Assembly: GCA_030691545.1 (NCBI GenBank)
Contig: JAUYEE010000291.1
Coordinates: 147 to 64,146, forward strand
Length of the DNA: 64,000 bases
Direction of reading: 5' to 3'
Origin: a bacterium
GTDB taxonomy: Bacteria; Auribacterota; JABMQX01
Part shown: one piece after another, positions 1-9,338 of the stretch
Layout: each line of letters opens with the position of its first letter
Position numbering within the stretch: position 1 is the stretch's first letter
The notes under the pieces: generated by a model
Database searches by the model: none
The model's input: only the letters and a program-made list of their open reading frames with translations
Told to the model about the DNA's origin: nothing
Translations under genes and position numbers: made by a program

Positions 1-161
1 TGCGGCGCGGGGGAGTATGGTGCAGGGCGGAATCGGGCAATCCGAGAGCGGGCCCCTGCCGCAAAGATGGCGGTGGGACATGAAAGGCTCGCGGAAAGCG
101 GACGGCATCACGGGATAGGCAGGATGATAAGGTTATAACAGTCTCTCAGGGAGGAGAAACC

Positions 162-1862
162 ATGGGCGTGAAACGGTCTCTGTTGGTGTTGGTCACGAGC
201 GTTGTTTGCTTTTGCGTGCTGGCGAGCTTTTCCCACGCGGTGGAGAAGCTGGATCGGGGGGTGATTGCGGTCATACAGGAGGATGGGTCGGTCTATGTGG
301 GGTGGCGGTTGCTGCAATCCGATCCGACGGATGTCGCGTTCAAGGTGTTGCGTGGCGAGGGCCCGGACGGGCCGTCGAAGAAGCTGAACGCCGAGCCAAT
401 CACCGACTGTACGAATTTCATTGACAAGGCAGGACCGACGGGTTTGCGGTATGCGGTTGAAACTGTCAGGAAGGACGGCGGCGGCGCCGTCGCTCCAGGC
501 GTTACGCCGATAGAGTTTCAAAAGGACAGAGGATACATCTCCATTCCGTTGAAGGGGAAGTATCGGGCGCAGATGGTGGCGGTGGCGGACTTGAACGGGG
601 ATGGGCAGCTTGATTATGTGATCAAGCAGCCGGATTTCAACGTTGACCCCTACGAGGCGCCCGGATACTGGAAGAAGAGCGAGGATACGTACAAGATCGA
701 AGCCTACCGGCACGATGGTAAGTTTATGTGGCGGTACGATATGGGCTGGGCGATCGAGGAGGGCATCTGGTATTCGCCGATTGTGGTCTATGACATTGAC
801 GGGGACGGAAAAGCGGAGGTCTATACGAAGGCAGCAGAAGGGGACCCGCGAGACCAAGATGGGCGCGTACAGTCGGGGCCGGAGTATTTGGTGAAGATAG
901 ATGGCGAGACGGGCAAGGTCGTGAAGAAGATTGACTGGCTGAGTCGGGAGGGGTTTGAGAGTTACAACTACTATTGTCGGAATCTGTTAGGCGTGGCGTA
1001 TCTCGACGGAAAGAAGCCCTATCTGATTATGGAGCGCGGAACGTACACGATCATCAAGATTGCGGCTCTCGACGCGGATTTGAAGCAGGTGTGGTACTGG
1101 GAGGCGACAGGCGAGAACAAGGACTATCGCGGGCAGGGATTGCACGGTCTGCATGCGGCGGATGTTGACGGAGACGGGTGCGATGAGTTGGTGATCGGGT
1201 GCGCGGCGATTGACCACGACGGGAAGTCCATGTGGACACTGAAGAAGGGCCATCCGGATGCGGCGTATGTGGGGGACGTTGATCCGGGTCGTCCTGGTTT
1301 GGAAGTTTTCTATGGTATCGAGAGAAGCCAGAAAGAAGACCCGGTTTGTCTGGTTGACGCGAAGAGTGGAGAAATCATCTGGGGGTACAAGGGACCGAGC
1401 AAGCACGTGCACGGGCAAGGGATGTGCGCGGACATCATTGGGAGCATCCCCGGCATGGAGTGTTACGCGGGGGAGAAGGACGGGAGCAATTACTGGCTGT
1501 ATGATGCGAAGGGGAATCGGCTCTCGGATAAGAGCATGGGCACTCTATCGCCGAGGCCGGTGTACTGGGACGCGGACCCGCAGAGGGAGTTGAATCTGGG
1601 AGGTCGAGTGCGGGACTACGAGGGAGAAGACTACGGGCGAATCGACGGGAAAGTGATGGCGATTGTGGATTGTCTCGGTGATTGGCGAGAGGAAATTATC
1701 ACCAGCGTCGAAGGGGAGTTGCGCATCTATACCACGACGATTCCGGCGAAGAATCGGAGGGTTTGTTTGATGCAGGATCGGAAGTACCGGACGGATGTGG
1801 CTGTGCAGTCCATGGGGTATTACTATCCCCCGATTGAAGCGGGAGTGCCGATGCCGCAGTAG
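162..1862 (+). CDS. Secreted rhamnogalacturonan lyase, polysaccharide lyase family 11 (YesW/YesX-like beta-propeller)
   Basis: ATG at 162 is preceded by GGAGGAGAAACC. The N-terminus is a signal peptide (LVLVTSVVCFCVLASFSHA). From memory of B. subtilis YesW there are strong block matches: KLDRGVIAV, VYDIDGDGKAEVYTKAAEG..RVQSGPEYL, LLGVAYLDGKKPYLIMERG, GDWREEIITS..LRIYTTTIP. There are also repeated Ca-binding DxDGDG blade motifs. Confidence 0.75.
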   Translation: MGVKRSLLVLVTSVVCFCVLASFSHAVEKLDRGVIAVIQEDGSVYVGWRLLQSDPTDVAFKVLRGEGPDGPSKKLNAEPITDCTNFIDKAGPTGLRYAVETVRKDGGGAVAPGVTPIEFQKDRGYISIPLKGKYRAQMVAVADLNGDGQLDYVIKQPDFNVDPYEAPGYWKKSEDTYKIEAYRHDGKFMWRYDMGWAIEEGIWYSPIVVYDIDGDGKAEVYTKAAEGDPRDQDGRVQSGPEYLVKIDGETGKVVKKIDWLSREGFESYNYYCRNLLGVAYLDGKKPYLIMERGTYTIIKIAALDADLKQVWYWEATGENKDYRGQGLHGLHAADVDGDGCDELVIGCAAIDHDGKSMWTLKKGHPDAAYVGDVDPGRPGLEVFYGIERSQKEDPVCLVDAKSGEIIWGYKGPSKHVHGQGMCADIIGSIPGMECYAGEKDGSNYWLYDAKGNRLSDKSMGTLSPRPVYWDADPQRELNLGGRVRDYEGEDYGRIDGKVMAIVDCLGDWREEIITSVEGELRIYTTTIPAKNRRVCLMQDRKYRTDVAVQSMGYYYPPIEAGVPMPQ

Positions 1863-2089
1863 CGAGAATATGTAACCGCAGAGCCCGCGCAGAGAGCAGA
1901 GGGGGGAAACCTGTTGTGCCATTCACCCTCTGTGTTCTCTGTGGTGAGCTGACCGCAGAAGTGAATGCCGCATAAAAAGCTTACGTGTGCTTGACAGGGT
2001 TGGGGCGTTCTGGTACGGTTTCGCAAATCCTCGGGTCGGAGTGGGCGGCCCGCGAAATCATCCACGACATCACATCGAGAGATGCAGCA

Positions 2090-3694
2090 ATGATTTTCTG
2101 TGCGATTGAATTTCGGCTGAATTGGGCAGACTGGGTTGTGATTTTCGGCTACCTGACGGCGATGGCGCTCATTGGCGTCGTATCTTACAAGTACATCAAG
2201 GGGATTCGAGATTTCTTTCTGGGGGGGCGGCGGTTCAAGAAGATTTTCGTGATGTTCCATGCGTTCGGAGCGGGGACGGCCGGGCAAGACCCGATTCAGG
2301 TCGCGGGGGCCGGGTATAACAGGGGGTTCGCGGGGATATGGATACAGCTTCTCTGGCTTATGTGCACGCCCTTCTACTGGCTCATCGCCCCGGTATGGCG
2401 AAGAATGCGGTACGTGACGACGGGCGACTTCTTCCGCCAGAGATTCGGGAAGAGCCAGGAAGTCTCTTTCGCGGTGTACGGGCTGATCTTTTACGCTGTG
2501 CTGAACTCGCTCAACCTCCTTGCCATCAAGAAAATCGTGGTTGACATCGCGGGGGGGCCGACCCCCTGGGCAACCTGGATCGTGATAGCTTCGGGCATCA
2601 TGTTTCTGGTTTACGGGCTGCTTGGGGGACTCATCGCCGCCGTCATCAACGACCTGATTCAGGGGCTGATGATTATCTTCCTTTCTTTCGTGGTCATTCC
2701 CGCTGGATTGGTCAAGCTCGGCGGCTTTTCCGGATTGCACGAGAAAGTTGGCGTGGAGCTTTTCGACCTGTTCGCGGCAGAGGAGTTCACTTTGGCGTGG
2801 GTGATCTTCATGTCGCTGCAAGCCCTTATTGGCATCGTAGTTCATCCTCACATGATGGGCACTTGCGGTTCGGCAAAAACTGAGCGAGATGCAAGGTGGG
2901 GATTGTGCTATGGAAACTTCCTGAAAAGGATATGCACCGTCGGCTGGGTGTTGACGGGCGTCATCGCGGCGGCGATTTACGCGTCGCGACCGCTTATTGA
3001 CCGCGAGCATGCTTTTCCTGCGACCATCAGAGACCTTCTCCCGCACGGCATGGTAGGTCTTTTCATCGCCTGCATCATTGCCGCGGCTCAGTCCACGCTC
3101 AGCGCCTGCATGGTCGCCTCTTCAGGGCTTTTTGTTAACAACTGCTACCGTCCTTACATGAAGAAAGGCGCCTCGGAAAAGCATTACCTGGCTGCCAGCC
3201 GGGTGGTTTCGGCGCTGGTGATCACCGGCGCCATGGTCATTGCTCTTGTCTCGGAGTCCATCATCCAGTTATTCAAATTCTCGATGCAGATTCCCCCTCT
3301 GTTCGGGATCGCGTGGTGGTTCGGGGTGACCTGGAGAAAGGCGAACAGCAAGGGAATGTGGGCGAGCTTCTTCGCCTGCGCGGCGGCGATGGCAGCGACG
3401 TGGCCGTATCCGCAACCTTTCAAGGTTGTTCGTTGGCCTGGGTCCTGGGGGATCACTCAGTTTCTGGAGAGGCTTAATTTCGTCAAGCCGGCCGGCGACG
3501 GTCTTTACGTATGGCGAGACGAGTGGCACATCTGCGCCTTTTTGGCGGCAGGCATACTTGCGATGGTCATTGTGTCGCTTCTCACAAGAGGAAAACCGGA
3601 AAAAGAACTCGACGACTTCTATACGCTCATCCACACGCCCGTCGGGCAGGAAGATAAACTCAGGGAAGCCGGTATCCCTGTCGTGATGCACTGA
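2090..3694 (+). CDS. Sodium:solute symporter family (SSS) transporter
   Basis: The N-terminus (LNWADWVVIFGYLTAMALIGVVSYKY) is typical of the SSS family. There are many TM helices. The ORF-track start at 1985 is a non-ATG alternative start, and the first ATG at 2090 is preferred. Confidence 0.75.
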   Translation: MIFCAIEFRLNWADWVVIFGYLTAMALIGVVSYKYIKGIRDFFLGGRRFKKIFVMFHAFGAGTAGQDPIQVAGAGYNRGFAGIWIQLLWLMCTPFYWLIAPVWRRMRYVTTGDFFRQRFGKSQEVSFAVYGLIFYAVLNSLNLLAIKKIVVDIAGGPTPWATWIVIASGIMFLVYGLLGGLIAAVINDLIQGLMIIFLSFVVIPAGLVKLGGFSGLHEKVGVELFDLFAAEEFTLAWVIFMSLQALIGIVVHPHMMGTCGSAKTERDARWGLCYGNFLKRICTVGWVLTGVIAAAIYASRPLIDREHAFPATIRDLLPHGMVGLFIACIIAAAQSTLSACMVASSGLFVNNCYRPYMKKGASEKHYLAASRVVSALVITGAMVIALVSESIIQLFKFSMQIPPLFGIAWWFGVTWRKANSKGMWASFFACAAAMAATWPYPQPFKVVRWPGSWGITQFLERLNFVKPAGDGLYVWRDEWHICAFLAAGILAMVIVSLLTRGKPEKELDDFYTLIHTPVGQEDKLREAGIPVVMH

Positions 3695-3722
3695 GTGTCG
3701 TCGAAGAAAGGGTCGTCGAAGA

Positions 3723-4472
3723 ATGACAGACGGAAAGAAGAAATCGTCCTGGGAGATTGCCTCGCCCGGCCCCGGAACCCTCAGCGGATTCTTTGTCGCG
3801 TGGCTGTTCGTGGCGGCAATCATCGGCATTACGGTGGTCTTGATGCTCGTCGGCAAGGGGCCGATGCCTCTGCGGGTGGTCGGGTACGACATAAGTGTAA
3901 GGGGACAGGCCCCAAGCGCGGCGCAGATGGAGAAGCTTGTTACGGCCATCCGGCAAACGAGTCCGATGGTTCTGGCGATTCACGGTTGCTCCGAGGAGAT
4001 GGCGCCCGAGTTGGCCCGAAAACTGGAGATCAAGCAGGAGAACTTCGCTTCGCAGGGTTCTTCGGCGATACTGAGCCGATACGAAATCAAGAAGTCGCAA
4101 GGCGGGCGCGTTGGGTTGATTGAATGGGGGAAGGTCGGGAAGTTCGGCGTCGTCAGCGTGGACCTCAAAGAGGCCGCAGACGCCGTTGCAGATTTGAAAA
4201 AAGCGATTGAGTCGGCGAAGAAAGAGTTCGGCAGGACACCGCATGCGATTCTGGCACAGGCGGGCAGCACGGCGCCCGAGGCTCCCGAGGGTTACATCGT
4301 TGCGACCGCAACGAAGCAAGAGGCGACAGATTGGCGCATCTATGTGCCCAAGGACCTCGAAGATAATCTGAAAGAATGCTACGTTCCTGCGGACAACGCG
4401 AAGATCAAGGAGTTTTCCCAGCGGATGCCGATCGTCGCTCGATTTGTGTTCCACAAGAAGGATTTCAAATAG
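3723..4472 (+). CDS. Hypothetical membrane-anchored protein (single N-terminal TM helix)
   Basis: The GC3-rich frame carries a TM segment (FFVAWLFVAAIIGITVVLMLV). A rho-independent terminator follows. The R-rich antisense ORF 3660..4535 is a shadow of this gene. Confidence 0.45.
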   Translation: MTDGKKKSSWEIASPGPGTLSGFFVAWLFVAAIIGITVVLMLVGKGPMPLRVVGYDISVRGQAPSAAQMEKLVTAIRQTSPMVLAIHGCSEEMAPELARKLEIKQENFASQGSSAILSRYEIKKSQGGRVGLIEWGKVGKFGVVSVDLKEAADAVADLKKAIESAKKEFGRTPHAILAQAGSTAPEAPEGYIVATATKQEATDWRIYVPKDLEDNLKECYVPADNAKIKEFSQRMPIVARFVFHKKDFK

Positions 4473-4479
4473 CTCGCGC

Positions 4480-4512
4480 CGGGCAGGGGCACGGCCTGCC
4501 CCTTTCTTCTGT
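4480..4512 (+). terminator. Rho-independent terminator (GGCAGGGGC-ACGG-CCTGCCCC followed by TTTCTTCTGTTT)
   Basis: A perfect 8-9 bp GC stem is followed by a T-rich tract directly after the stop of the 3723..4472 gene. Confidence 0.5.
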
Positions 4513-4731
4513 TTGACCTCATCAGCCGTTTCCATTCATGAAAGATGGCTCGGGCCGGCTCTCCCCGCCCCGCAAGATAAGTGAGTCAGGAACTCACGAC
4601 GGGGATATTTGTCCTACCACTCTCTCCCGAGCGCGACTATAATCCCACCTGAGCGCGGCAGCGATCGAAAACCGCCCTGCCAGCTCGAGAAAACAACATC
4701 AGATTCATGCGGAAGAGAGACATCGCTGCTC

Positions 4732-6387
4732 ATGTTCAAACCGGTCACAGAATGGATTGAATTGGTCAACGCGGTCCGCGCGGGAGACCGAAGCGTGCTG
4801 GAGTCCCCTTTCGGACGGGCGGTTGTGGGCATCTACGGAGACCGGCCTGGGATTCTCCGAGAACGGATGACGCTGATTCGGAGGGCGCTTGTTGCTTTCG
4901 GACAGAAGTACGGGAGGCAAAGCGTCGCGGCGATTGTTCGCTGCCCGGGGCGGATCAATCTCATGGGGCGGCACATTGACCACCAGGGAGGGCACTGCAA
5001 CCCACTGGCGATTGACCGGGAAGTCGTGATGGTCGTGCAGGCGAGACGCGACGATGTCATTGAACTGTCGAACGTTGACCCGGTGAGTTTTCCCTCGAGG
5101 CGATACTCGCTGCAGAAGCTAAACCGTGTTCTGCCGCCGGACGAGTGGAAGGCGTTCGTTGACGCGCAGACCACGGTTGATTTTCTGGCACAGAACGCGG
5201 GGTGCTGGTCGCTATACGTTCTGGCGGCGATTCTGCGTCTCCAGAACCGGTATCCAGAGCGGCAGTTTCGGGGAATGAATCTGATGGTGGCCGGGGATAT
5301 ACCCATCGCGGCTGGATTGAGTTCGTCTTCCGGGATGGTTGTCGCGGCGGCGGAAGCGGCAATTCTCATCAATGGACTGCCCGTCGAAGAAGGTGAATTT
5401 CCGGTGTTACTGGGCGAGGGAGAATGGTTTGTTGGCACAAGGGGCGGATTCAACGACCATGCCGCGATGAAACTCGCTCAGCGAGGGAGCGTCCTCAAGG
5501 TCAAATTCTTCGATTTCGCGGTGGAGGAGGTCGTCGCCTTTCCGCCCGAATGCTGCCTTGCAATCTGCGATTCCGGAGTCAAGGCGAGGAAAAGCGAGAG
5601 CACGAAACACATCTACAACGCGAAAGTCACGGCGTACGCGATGGCGAAGGCGTTGCTCAAGAGGGGCAATCCGCAGTGGGACGGGCGGATCGAGCACTTC
5701 CGGGACTTCAACCCGGTGACGTTGGGGGCGTCGCTCCGGGAGGTTTATCGTGCCATCATCAACTTTCCGCGAAAGATGACGCGGGAAGCTTTTCGGGAGA
5801 TGTTTTCTGACGAGGCTGGAGGCGAGACGGAGAAGCTTTTTGCCTCGCACCGGAAGCCGGAGTCCGGGTATGACGTGAGGGGGGTCGCGCTTTTCGGTGT
5901 TGCGGAGTGCGAGAGAAGTCGGTTGTGTGCGGAGTACCTGCGAATGGGAGACGTGGAAGGGCTAGGGCGGCTGATGAACATTTCCCACGACGGAGACCGC
6001 GTGAGCGTCAACTCAGGAGAGGGGCGGCGGGTCGAGTTCGCCACCGCGGAAACAGACGATGTGATCCTTGACCTGATCGAGCGTGCGGAGAGCGATAACC
6101 CTGCGGTGAGGCAAACCGCCGCGATGCACCTTCAGCCGGGTTCGTACCGGTGCAGCACGCCTCAGATAGACCTCATCGTGGACATGGCGAAGGCGACGCC
6201 GGGGGTTTATGGCGCCCAGTTGTCCGGGGCGGGGTTGGGGGGCTGCGCGATGGTCTTAGCGGACCACGGAGCGTGTCGGGAACTGAGGAACAACCTTGCT
6301 GAGACCTGTCTGAGCGCAAGCAACCTCGAATGCTCCTTCCTCGTCTGCACCCCGATCGGAGGAAGCGGTCCTCTGCTGGCGCCCTGA
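4732..6387 (+). CDS. GHMP-family sugar kinase, galactokinase-like (long form, ~550 aa)
   Basis: The galactokinase signature is present as GRINLMGRHIDHQGG. The GHMP ATP-binding motif is PIAAGLSSSSGMVVAAAEA. The C-terminal GAQLSGAGLGGCAMVL motif is also present. Confidence 0.7.
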   Translation: MFKPVTEWIELVNAVRAGDRSVLESPFGRAVVGIYGDRPGILRERMTLIRRALVAFGQKYGRQSVAAIVRCPGRINLMGRHIDHQGGHCNPLAIDREVVMVVQARRDDVIELSNVDPVSFPSRRYSLQKLNRVLPPDEWKAFVDAQTTVDFLAQNAGCWSLYVLAAILRLQNRYPERQFRGMNLMVAGDIPIAAGLSSSSGMVVAAAEAAILINGLPVEEGEFPVLLGEGEWFVGTRGGFNDHAAMKLAQRGSVLKVKFFDFAVEEVVAFPPECCLAICDSGVKARKSESTKHIYNAKVTAYAMAKALLKRGNPQWDGRIEHFRDFNPVTLGASLREVYRAIINFPRKMTREAFREMFSDEAGGETEKLFASHRKPESGYDVRGVALFGVAECERSRLCAEYLRMGDVEGLGRLMNISHDGDRVSVNSGEGRRVEFATAETDDVILDLIERAESDNPAVRQTAAMHLQPGSYRCSTPQIDLIVDMAKATPGVYGAQLSGAGLGGCAMVLADHGACRELRNNLAETCLSASNLECSFLVCTPIGGSGPLLAP

Positions 6388-6517
6388 TGCAGGCGGTGGC
6401 TTGTGGCATCTGCCACCCTTGGCGAGGCTCAGCTCTATGGAACAATCGTAGTCAAAGGGGTGTCAATCTAACGAGAGAAAGGCAACGAAGGCATTCCGTG
6501 GAGCTTCAGGAGGCTTT

Positions 6518-6919
6518 TTGATGAAGAAACAGGCGCTTTTGGTTTTGGGTGTCTCCGCTCTGATCCTTTCGCACCTGGCTTCGCTGAGTTGCGAAGGGAT
6601 TACGCCGGCTGAGGGCAAGGTCAACTTGCGGGTGCTGTACGTTGGGGAGCCCGATACGGACCGGGAGAAGGACTTTGTCGGGTTCTTAGAGAAGCATTTT
6701 GCGAAAGTCGCAAAGGCTGACCTGGAGAAGGTCGAGGTGAAGGACGGGGATGGCTTTGACGTGGTGATTGTGGACTACAGCGAGCTGACGATCAAAGGGA
6801 ATGCGATCGTCACGCCACGGATACCCTTCGGCAGGGGCTACTCACGTCCGGTTCTGACGGTAGGGGCCGCGGGAGCGCTCGTATGCGACTCCCTGGGCTT
6901 GAAGACGGGCTATCTCTGA
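6518..6919 (+). CDS. Small secreted hypothetical protein (signal peptide)
   Basis: The signal peptide is MMKKQALLVLGVSALILSHLASLSC. The reading frame is GC3-rich. It ends at a TGA that is in-frame with the next ORF. Confidence 0.4.
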   Translation: MMKKQALLVLGVSALILSHLASLSCEGITPAEGKVNLRVLYVGEPDTDREKDFVGFLEKHFAKVAKADLEKVEVKDGDGFDVVIVDYSELTIKGNAIVTPRIPFGRGYSRPVLTVGAAGALVCDSLGLKTGYL

Positions 6920-6964
6920 AACTGCCTCGGGGAAGCGGCTCAGGGTGAGCTGCCCAAGCACGAG

Positions 6965-7360
6965 GTGTTCGAGGGGCCTTTCAAAGTTAAGCCGGTTTAC
7001 GAATGGTGGGAGACGCCATCGAACTACCGGGGCTACCCCGGAGGCGAGAAACTTCCCGATAAACTGAAGGTGTGGCGCGTTCAGAAGACGACCGATGAGC
7101 CGGGCGGCACGACGCGTCCTTATGGAGCCGTTTCGCGAGACTGGAAATCGGACAAGAACCTGGATGCGGAGGCGCTGGTCGCTGGCTACAACAAAGGCAA
7201 GATGAGCGGTGCTGTGGCTGTCGGCCGCCACGGGAACTTCCTCCAGTGGGGCTTCTCCGCTCCGCCCTCGACGATGACGGAGGCGGGGCGCAGCTTTTTC
7301 CTGAATTGTGTCTGCTATATCGCAAAGTTTGAGGGGAAATCACCCCTTCCGCCGAGGTAG
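6965..7360 (+). CDS. Hypothetical protein, possibly the continuation of 6518..6919 across an in-frame TGA
   Basis: This ORF is in the same frame as 6518..6919. The 45 nt between them are also open. No separate RBS was recognised. Confidence 0.3.
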   Translation: MFEGPFKVKPVYEWWETPSNYRGYPGGEKLPDKLKVWRVQKTTDEPGGTTRPYGAVSRDWKSDKNLDAEALVAGYNKGKMSGAVAVGRHGNFLQWGFSAPPSTMTEAGRSFFLNCVCYIAKFEGKSPLPPR

Positions 7361-7455
7361 TCAACACGACGGCGCGGTGGGAGACAGGCCGCAATGAGAG
7401 TGCGGCTCAGTGAAAATCAGGCCCACCGCGGAACCCTTGATGGAGCGAAGAAAAA

Positions 7456-8835
7456 ATGAAGCACATCTTGACAAACCGGGAGGGATTACTGTTCATTTTT
7501 CTGGTCGTGTGGGGATTCTGGCTGGCGACTGAGACAGGGGGCGAGGAATCGTGGCAGCCGGTCGTGGAGGTCGAGGAGGTGGTGTGCACGTATGTGCCGC
7601 CGGACAATGGGGCGGGTCCGTTGTGGTGCTATGGGGCGCCGCTGATCGTGCGGTGGCGGGATAGGGTGTTTGTGAGCGCGATGGAGACGGGGGAGGGCGT
7701 GCCGAAGTTGTGCAATACTCGGTGGCAATTGTTCATGCGAGGCGATGACGGATGGAAGTTGCAGCGGAAGGCTGACGCCTACCGAGAGCGAGAACCATGC
7801 CCGCTGGTCGCCTTTTCCGCCGGGAGGCTTTTCCTCTCGGTGAACCCTTCGATTTCGCCGCCGGGGACTCAATACGGGCCGTGTGAGCCGCACCTTTTGG
7901 AATTCTCCGCCGAGAAGCCCAGTGAGTTGCCTAAGCAGTTGCGGCCCGTGTGGCAGGGGGAGACGCGCTTCACGGATCATTCGTATCGCGGGATTGCCGC
8001 GGACGGTGCGCGCGGCGAGATTCTGTTGCTGAACATCCACGCGGAGACGGGCGAGCAGTTCTGGAGTTTCCTCGACACGGACGGCAAATGGAGCCGGCAG
8101 GGGAAAATTCGATTCCCGATTCGGTCGTGCTACCCGCAGGTTGCATTGAAGGACAGGGCGGCGCACGTTCTGGCAATCGGCGACATCGTGGAGCCGAATG
8201 AGGAGTGGCGAGCCTATAAGAAGGAGAAAACCGGGCGGGAATGGGACTATGTGTTCCGACGGCTGTTTTATGCGTGGACGCGCGACATCACGACGACCGA
8301 TTTTGCCGAGCCGCTCGAGTTGGAAAATCTGGATGCGACGGGCGGATACATCCGCAACCTCGATTTGTGGCTGGGTCCGGAATCATCGGTTCACGTGCTG
8401 TATTTGAAAATGCCGGTGCAGTCTGCCCTTATTCGTGATAGGTTCTTGCCTGGAGAGAAGATTACGACGTCGCTCGAATACACCATTCTGCGAAATGGGA
8501 ACGTGGTTCGCCGCGCCACGTTACTGAAGGGAGGCGAGGGCGAGTCGAACGACATTCCGGGGAATGCTCGATTTCAGGTGACGGCGGAGGGAGAGCTGTC
8601 CGTGGTGTACTTTTCCAGCGGCGTGGACAAAAACGGGAAGCCGGTCTCAGAGAACAGAATCACGCGGATTTTGCCGGAGACGGATTCAAAGCCTGTTACG
8701 ATCCCCCTCGAGCATCCTTTCACGACATTCTTCACAGCTTGCGAGCGAGGCGGCTCAGCACCCTCGAAAATCATTGACCTGTTCGGAACAGGGTATCAGC
8801 CGAACACCCTCCGTTACGCCCGCGTCCGGCTCTGA
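7456..8835 (+). CDS. Hypothetical secreted/membrane-anchored protein
   Basis: The N-terminal hydrophobic segment is LLFIFLVVWGFWLATE. The ORF is 459 aa and GC3-rich. No motif was recognised. Confidence 0.5.
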   Translation: MKHILTNREGLLFIFLVVWGFWLATETGGEESWQPVVEVEEVVCTYVPPDNGAGPLWCYGAPLIVRWRDRVFVSAMETGEGVPKLCNTRWQLFMRGDDGWKLQRKADAYREREPCPLVAFSAGRLFLSVNPSISPPGTQYGPCEPHLLEFSAEKPSELPKQLRPVWQGETRFTDHSYRGIAADGARGEILLLNIHAETGEQFWSFLDTDGKWSRQGKIRFPIRSCYPQVALKDRAAHVLAIGDIVEPNEEWRAYKKEKTGREWDYVFRRLFYAWTRDITTTDFAEPLELENLDATGGYIRNLDLWLGPESSVHVLYLKMPVQSALIRDRFLPGEKITTSLEYTILRNGNVVRRATLLKGGEGESNDIPGNARFQVTAEGELSVVYFSSGVDKNGKPVSENRITRILPETDSKPVTIPLEHPFTTFFTACERGGSAPSKIIDLFGTGYQPNTLRYARVRL

Positions 8836-8965
8836 GCCGGGTGCGGCAGGAGCTTGACAGGGGGGCGGTCGGGGATTATCATTTCTTCGGCAGACAAAGA
8901 GATGAGCCCCGCGAGAGAGCTATTGTCTTCAATCCTGGGTTTGGGACAATAGGAGGTGAAGAAGC

Positions 8966-9226
8966 ATGCCGACTTACGAATATCGAGCCAAGGATGAAGC
9001 AAGGGCTTGCGGCTATTGCGCGGAGAGGTTCGAGGTGGATCAGCGGATGAGCGATGCACCTCTGGAGCGCTGCCCGAAGTGCGGGTCGCCGGTGGAAAGG
9101 GTAATTTCCGTATTCTCTGTCACCACAGGTCCTTCGGCAAAATCGCTCCTCAGCGACAAGAATATCAAGCGGCACGGGTTCACAAAATTAGTGAACGAGG
9201 GCGGCGGGAAATTCAGGAGAATATAG
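8966..9226 (+). CDS. FmdB-family zinc-ribbon putative regulatory protein
   Basis: It starts MPTYEYRAKDEARACGYCAERFEV...CPKCGSPVERV. This is the classic FmdB CxxC...CxxC zinc ribbon. Confidence 0.75.
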   Translation: MPTYEYRAKDEARACGYCAERFEVDQRMSDAPLERCPKCGSPVERVISVFSVTTGPSAKSLLSDKNIKRHGFTKLVNEGGGKFRRI

Positions 9227-9338
9227 AATAAGGGTGCGGCGACTCGCTGGGTGCCGGCTTCTGCGGGAATGCAGCAAGAGAAGGGGGCGTTTTCCTTTGG
9301 CGCGACGACCTTGACGCTTTCAGAGGAGGCAGGAAGCG

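Noticed and set aside
108-857. 249-aa minus-strand ORF overlapping the PL11 lyase gene
   Set aside because: It is the antisense shadow of a GC3-rich gene. It has no RBS and an R/P-rich low-complexity translation. The plus-strand gene has a clear signal peptide and strong family motifs.
1823-3046. 407-aa minus-strand ORF
   Set aside because: It is antisense to the SSS transporter gene, which has an unmistakable membrane-protein signature. The minus translation is Arg/Pro/His-rich, as expected for shadow ORFs in high-GC DNA.
3660-4535. 291-aa minus-strand ORF competing with 3723..4472 (+)
   Set aside because: The minus translation is R-rich low complexity. The plus-strand frame has a TM helix and GC3 bias and is followed by a plus-oriented intrinsic terminator.
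6917-6980. Selenocysteine insertion at the in-frame TGA
   Set aside because: There is no convincing bSECIS hairpin with an apical GG/GU immediately downstream. It is kept only as an alternative explanation in the finding.
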